IMG/VR virus record: IMGVR_UViG_3300042991_000201
Coordinates: 9,764-73,763 of that record
From: a virus
Length of the DNA: 64,000 bases
Reading direction: 5' to 3' (one strand)
A program made the translations under genes and the position numbers. Below are positions 59,098-64,000 of this stretch, piece after piece (position 1 is the stretch's first letter; each line of letters begins with the position of its first letter). The notes under the pieces are model-generated. The model made no database searches and was not told the origin of the DNA. It was given only the letters and a program-made list of their open reading frames with translations.

Positions 59098-59550
59098 ATG
59101 AAGATAGGATTTAAGCTCTTGCGAAGTAATGCCAAGCTCCCTAGTTATGGGGATGACGACAGTAGTAATATGGGGATTGACCTGTATGCTTGTCTCAATA
59201 ATATAATTGTACTTGAAGCAGGTCAGTATTGTACAATATCTACTGGTGTGGCTTGGGAACCTCTTGATGTTTGTCCGGGATGTCGTGGAGGACTTATTAT
59301 CAAGAGTCGTTCTAGTATGGGGGTCAAGAATAGTATTGAGTGTTCCAATGCTGGTGTGATAGATGACAAATATCGTGGAGAGATATTTATTAAACTCTAC
59401 AATAATTCCAATTCACATTATGTCATATCTAATGGAGATAGGATTGCCCAAGCGGTTGCGCTTGAAACTCCCCGATACGAAATTGTAGAATTGGAATATC
59501 TTACGGAGACTACTCGTGGTATAAATGGTCTTGGGAGTACAGGGAAATGA
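59098..59550 (+). CDS. dut: trimeric dUTPase
   Basis: GIDL, SRSS, GVIDDKYRGE, RIAQ and RG.NGLGSTG motifs. Confidence 0.92.
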   Translation: MKIGFKLLRSNAKLPSYGDDDSSNMGIDLYACLNNIIVLEAGQYCTISTGVAWEPLDVCPGCRGGLIIKSRSSMGVKNSIECSNAGVIDDKYRGEIFIKLYNNSNSHYVISNGDRIAQAVALETPRYEIVELEYLTETTRGINGLGSTGK

Positions 59551-60110
59551 ATATAGTCAAAGGAGACAAGATACAACTTCTTGATAGCCCTCTTGGTGAG
59601 CATGTGAAAGAATCCCTTGCATGGGAACACTATATGAAGGATGGATTTGTTACTGTGTCTGGTATTCTTGGAGATAACATTGTCCTTGTAGTGATAGATG
59701 ATATAATGGAGTATTTTGACATAAACAATGTATGCCTCCTTCATCCTGAATCTACAGGTATCACAGTAGCAGGTTATGAGGAATATTCATACGGGGATGT
59801 GAACGTCTCAGGGGAATTCGGTAAAGGCTTCAAAGAGTCTAGTGGTAAAGTAGAGTGGTCACAAATACCTTGGGAACAGCTAGAAGAAGTGGTTTGGGTT
59901 CTTACTGAAGGTGCCAAAGATCACGGAAGTGATACGAATTGGCAGTTGGTAAAAGACCCAAAGAAAGTATACTTCAATTCCATGATGAGGCATATTATTC
60001 AATGGCAGATGGGCGAAGTGTTCAACAAGGCAGATCATGGTAGGCACCATCTAGCACATGCCATAAGTAATGCGCTCTTCCTCATGTGGGGAGATAAGGA
60101 GAACAAATGA
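59547..60110 (+). CDS. dATP/dGTP diphosphohydrolase-domain protein (DUF5664-like)
   Basis: K...GK..W...P...LE.V..VL..GA......NW...SMMRH...HLAHA..N.LFL. Confidence 0.75.
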   Translation: MNIVKGDKIQLLDSPLGEHVKESLAWEHYMKDGFVTVSGILGDNIVLVVIDDIMEYFDINNVCLLHPESTGITVAGYEEYSYGDVNVSGEFGKGFKESSGKVEWSQIPWEQLEEVVWVLTEGAKDHGSDTNWQLVKDPKKVYFNSMMRHIIQWQMGEVFNKADHGRHHLAHAISNALFLMWGDKENK

Positions 60111-60291
60111 AACCTAAATTCAGGGTACATTTTGAGAGTCTGGGATGGGTAGTTCAGTATTCATATGTAGGTATCCTGTGGGGTATGTGTGGTGTGCAGT
60201 ACTACAGATCACAAAAATATGCGGAAAATATACGAGATGAACTTAGAGATAAGGGGCTTGCTCCAGCAAATTGGTATGAGGAGAAGAATAT

Positions 60292-60882
60292 ATGATTAAG
60301 TATATAAATGATGGTTTTGTAGAAGATATCGCACACATGGGTGATGATGCTTTCGTAAGTAGGGTTGCTGGTATCTCCCATGATAATGCGAGTGGGCCGG
60401 GGGTATATAAACTCCTTGAATGGGGTCATGTATCTCCTCTTGAGTTTGGACAGATTGTGTTCTATATCAAAGCACCTTTGTTTGTAATTCGTCAATGGCA
60501 GAGGCATCGTGCATTCTCATATATGGAAATGTCCGGTCGTTACACAGACATGGGTGAAAATGATATGTTTATACCTATACGTGAAGAAATCAGAGATGAA
60601 GATTATATAGAGATGAATGATATATTGGCACACTGTTACAATACTTCATTTGATTCTTACCGTAAGATGATTGACTTAGGGATGCCTAATGAGCTTGCCC
60701 GTATTGTCCTTCCTCTCGCTACATATACTGAAATGTATGTACGAATGGATATACGCCATCTACGTGATTTCCTATCTCTTCGTCTTGATAAACACGCTCA
60801 ATACGAGATGAGGGAATATGCTGAAGCCATCAAAGAAATTGCAGAAGAGTATTTCCCCCAGTGCCTAAAGGCTGTCCTATGA
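60292..60882 (+). CDS. thyX: flavin-dependent thymidylate synthase
   Basis: GH.SPLE, RHR..SY.EMSGRY, ELAR.VLP and HAQYE motifs. Confidence 0.92.
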   Translation: MIKYINDGFVEDIAHMGDDAFVSRVAGISHDNASGPGVYKLLEWGHVSPLEFGQIVFYIKAPLFVIRQWQRHRAFSYMEMSGRYTDMGENDMFIPIREEIRDEDYIEMNDILAHCYNTSFDSYRKMIDLGMPNELARIVLPLATYTEMYVRMDIRHLRDFLSLRLDKHAQYEMREYAEAIKEIAEEYFPQCLKAVL

Positions 60883-61784
60883 GTCTATATTTGAAGTATA
60901 CCCCTAAGAATTTCATGGAGATGGTGGGGAACGTCACAGAGATAAAAGCTCTTAAAGCGCTCCTATCACAGCCAGATCACATTCAGACTTTCCTGTTTAC
61001 TGGAGATAGGGGGTGTGGCAAAACTCTTTCTGCACGGCTTCTAGCTGTAGAGCTTGGAGCATCTATTCGAGAAATAAACGCAAGTGATGATCGTGGTATA
61101 GAGACAATTCGTTCAATCATAGATGAATGTTCTTTTGTCTCTAATGAGCCTATCCTATACATTCTTGATGAGTGTCATCAGTTGTCGGCTCCAGCACAAG
61201 AAGCGCTCTTGAAGATATTTCAAGATACTCCAAAGGGGGTATATTTTGCTCTCTGTACTACGAACCCTGAAAAACTCAAGGAACCCCTAAAGTCTCGCTG
61301 TCATAAGATGGAGCTGGAAAGATTGCGTGACAAAGACATTATCGTAATGTGCAATAAAATTGACAAAATTGAGGGTTTTGGTATATCTTTTGACACAATA
61401 GAAATTATAGCTGATCTGTCAGAAGGGTCTGCCCGTGAAGCTCTTGTCATGCTTGAGAGCGTTTTAGGCTTGACAAACGAAGAAGCATCTAGTAAACTAC
61501 AGGGAAATCCAGAGACTCGTGGGGATGCCATAGAGATTTGTCGAGCAATGCTTGATTCAAATACTCGTTGGCCTGTGTATGCGGGGATGCTCAGGCCTAT
61601 ATCTACGACAGAAGTGGAGGGTGTACGGCAACTGATTCTTAGTTACATGACAACTGTGCTTTTGTCAAAAGGTGAAATTAGGGTTGCAAAGATACTGGAC
61701 ATTTTTGCAGAATCATTCTATAATAGTGGTAAGAGTGGGTTGGTGTCCGCAACATTCAAAGTGTTTAAGCTCAAGGAAGGTTGA
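60879..61784 (+). CDS. clamp loader AAA+ ATPase (DnaX/RFC-like)
   Basis: LY.KY.P..F, GDRGCGKT, LDECH and SRC motifs; probable ATG at 60879. Confidence 0.88.
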   Translation: MSLYLKYTPKNFMEMVGNVTEIKALKALLSQPDHIQTFLFTGDRGCGKTLSARLLAVELGASIREINASDDRGIETIRSIIDECSFVSNEPILYILDECHQLSAPAQEALLKIFQDTPKGVYFALCTTNPEKLKEPLKSRCHKMELERLRDKDIIVMCNKIDKIEGFGISFDTIEIIADLSEGSAREALVMLESVLGLTNEEASSKLQGNPETRGDAIEICRAMLDSNTRWPVYAGMLRPISTTEVEGVRQLILSYMTTVLLSKGEIRVAKILDIFAESFYNSGKSGLVSATFKVFKLKEG

Positions 61785-61846
61785 AGATGCCATTACCTAT
61801 ATTTATAGATAAGTTTGAGTATATTTTGATCTAATAGGAGGTTATA

Positions 61847-62299
61847 ATGGGAAAGACTTTCGGTGTGGATTTCAGGGAAGATGTGGAGTTGAACAAGATG
61901 AGGCTGGATTCAGAATGTGAAATACAGCCCGCCATGTACTACCACTATTCCAGTCTTTTGAGTGATGCAAAGTCCATACAGGATACTGCAAAACTCAAGA
62001 TGGATTATGTGCTTGGTGCAAGGGAAATGGCACTCCGTACCAATCCACCAGAAGGAATTAAAATTACAGAAGGTACCGTAGCGGCTATGCTTGCTACTGA
62101 TACCGAAGTAAACAAAGCCAAGGAGGAATATGCCCTAGCAACGAAAGAAGTGTCCGCGCTTTATAGTGCTGTTAATGCACTTGAACAGCGAAAGTCCATG
62201 TTGGACAACCTCACTAAATTACAGGTAAGTACCTACTATCAGACTACCGAGAATACGGGGAATGATATTCGTACATCACTCAATAAGAACAAGGAGTAA
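61847..62299 (+). CDS. UvsY-like recombination mediator
   Basis: Helical; K.TE..V......D...ALEQRK.ML pattern; next to SSB and RecA genes. Confidence 0.55.
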   Translation: MGKTFGVDFREDVELNKMRLDSECEIQPAMYYHYSSLLSDAKSIQDTAKLKMDYVLGAREMALRTNPPEGIKITEGTVAAMLATDTEVNKAKEEYALATKEVSALYSAVNALEQRKSMLDNLTKLQVSTYYQTTENTGNDIRTSLNKNKE

Positions 62300-62301
62300 T
62301 T

Positions 62302-63249
62302 ATGGGAACTGATCTTAGCAAGCGTTATGGGGTATCTGCATCTGATACTGGTGGCAAGCAGACTGCCTTTGACTTTTCCAAGGTAGGAACGATCAAATTT
62401 TGGAAGCAGAAGGAAGGTGTCAACAAGATTGACATTATTCCGTATACGGTCTCAAGCAATGCACATCCTCTTGTTCACAATGGTATACTTGAGAAGGGCG
62501 ATCTGGACTACACTCTTGAACTATGGGTGCATACATATCTTGGCCCTCAGAACACTACAGTAGTTTGTCCCAAACGCAACTACGGCCAGCCTTGCCCTAT
62601 CTGTGAGCAGGCTGCAAAGTACCATGACGAGGGCAAGGAAGAAGAATCCAAGGCTTTGTGGGCAAAGAAGAAGATGTACTATAACGTACAGGATGCACTT
62701 CATCCGGGAGATGGCGTTCAGATTCTTGAGACTAACTTCAAATACTTTGAAAAGCCTCTTCGTAGTCTTGCCAAGGATACAGATGATGGTACTCCCTTCA
62801 TTGACTTCGCAGACCCCAAGAAGGGCAAGACACTCAAATTCACGGGTGAGAAGGAGAAGTTCTCTGGCAAGGATTTCATTCAGTTTTCTAACATGAAATT
62901 CCTTGATCGAGATGAACCTATCGTAGCACTACTGAAGGATGCCATTACTTTTGATAAGTACATTATAAAGTATACTTACGAAGAACTGGAAGCAATTCTC
63001 TTTGGTGGTTCTATCGACGATGATAATGATGATACTCCTCCCCCAAGGCCCGGAAAGAACCCTGCCAAGGAAGATAAGGAACGTGAGTCCGATTTGAAAG
63101 ACAGGGATGATGAGCCTCCCACGAAGGCAACAAAGGAGATTAAGAATCTTTGTCCGAATGGACACGTATTCGGGGCTGACAATGACAAGTATAAGGATTG
63201 TGCAGGATGTTCTGAATGGAAATCCTGCTTTAAGGAATCACTCAAGTAA
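62302..63249 (+). CDS. gp32-like ssDNA-binding protein
   Basis: H...CP......CPICE zinc site; acidic linker; C-terminal Cys4 motif. Confidence 0.7.
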   Translation: MGTDLSKRYGVSASDTGGKQTAFDFSKVGTIKFWKQKEGVNKIDIIPYTVSSNAHPLVHNGILEKGDLDYTLELWVHTYLGPQNTTVVCPKRNYGQPCPICEQAAKYHDEGKEEESKALWAKKKMYYNVQDALHPGDGVQILETNFKYFEKPLRSLAKDTDDGTPFIDFADPKKGKTLKFTGEKEKFSGKDFIQFSNMKFLDRDEPIVALLKDAITFDKYIIKYTYEELEAILFGGSIDDDNDDTPPPRPGKNPAKEDKERESDLKDRDDEPPTKATKEIKNLCPNGHVFGADNDKYKDCAGCSEWKSCFKESLK

Positions 63250-63262
63250 GGAGTAATAGGAG

Positions 63263-63280
63263 GGGGTCAGAAATGACCCC
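63263..63280 (+). terminator. hairpin, probable terminator
   Basis: GGGGTCA-GAAA-TGACCCC. Confidence 0.55.
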
Positions 63281-63332
63281 TTAATTATATATGGCAAATA
63301 AACGACTATTGAATTCGATAGAAGGAGCAATA

Positions 63333-64000
63333 ATGGCGAAGAAACCAGAAGAGAAGTCTGAACCTATATATTTTTCAACTGGCATCACCCTTCTCGATCT
63401 GATTACGGGTGGAGGCAAGGCTATAAGCTTTGGTATGGGTTATCAGGCAGGAACCATAGCACGAGACTGGGGAAACTCTTCCTCCTCCAAGTCTTTTAAG
63501 GCAGTGGAAATGCTTGCCTCTAATTACTACAAGTACAAAGAGAAGTTCAAGTGGGTTTATGATGATGTGGAATTGGGCAACACCATTGACACCGAATCCA
63601 TTTACGGGATAGAACTTATTCCACGAGATTTTACAGAGCGTACTGCTTCCAAGACCGTAGAGGAATGGGCGTACAATGTCAATAACTTCCTTGACTCCCT
63701 GAAACCAGATGAATGTGGTATTTATGTTATGGACTCTTTAGATGCTGTATCTAATAAAGATACTGAGGATAGGAAGGATGAACGTAACAAGGCTTTTGAG
63801 AAGGGTAAGGAATTTGATGCAGGGACATATTCTATGTCAGCACAGAAATTCATGTCTCAAGAATTCTTCCGTGGACTTTCTGCTAAATTGGCACAAAAGA
63901 ACGCCATGCTATATCTTGTGAGTCAGGAACGCGACAAGGTAGGTGCTGGGATATATGCCGCAAAAAATCGTCTTGGTGGTGGCAGAGCAGTACAGTTCTA
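63333..64000 (+). CDS. RecA/UvsX-like recombinase (runs off the window edge)
   Basis: FSTG...LDL..GG, Walker A-like GNSSSSKS, VMDSLDA, VSQERD and GG.A..F motifs. Confidence 0.8.
   Translation, partial: MAKKPEEKSEPIYFSTGITLLDLITGGGKAISFGMGYQAGTIARDWGNSSSSKSFKAVEMLASNYYKYKEKFKWVYDDVELGNTIDTESIYGIELIPRDFTERTASKTVEEWAYNVNNFLDSLKPDECGIYVMDSLDAVSNKDTEDRKDERNKAFEKGKEFDAGTYSMSAQKFMSQEFFRGLSAKLAQKNAMLYLVSQERDKVGAGIYAAKNRLGGGRAVQF

Noticed and set aside
1-64000. Stop-codon reassignment (TAG) and in-frame Pol-MTase or clamp readthrough fusions
   Set aside because: Long conserved genes are intact in the standard code, and the downstream genes have their own ATG (with an RBS for the MTase), so in-frame adjacency is probably chance.
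1-64000. tRNA genes and integrase
   Set aside because: No cloverleaf with a T-loop consensus and no recombinase motifs were seen by eye; tRNAscan-SE would be decisive.

Overview
This window is part of a lytic, tailed dsDNA phage genome with siphovirus-like organisation. A DUF261-like gene and the style of the tail genes suggest, by inference only, a spirochaete host. Transcription diverges at about 35 kb. The left arm (minus strand) carries terS, a ~5.4 kb block of small early-type genes bracketed by two long non-coding AT-rich tracts, terL, portal, head, neck, tail tube, a frameshifted tail chaperone, tape measure, a class-3 lipase, a large tail/receptor-binding protein and lysis-region genes. 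The right arm (plus strand) carries antirepressor-family genes with structured leaders, an initiator-like protein, primase, two helicases, a clamp, a UDG-fused family A polymerase between two paralogous methyltransferases, an intein-containing class II RNR, dUTPase, ThyX, clamp loader, UvsY, SSB and a RecA-like gene cut off by the window edge. The most unusual signals are non-coding: (1) a dense DnaA-box cluster and a 23-bp-periodic array at the edge of a probable terminal-repeat/early module; (2) a c4/CI-like two-loop antisense RNA and a separate kissing-loop attenuator upstream of the antirepressor genes; (3) a candidate multibranch ncRNA next to an iteron-rich origin. All protein calls come from recognising motifs by eye; no database search was run.
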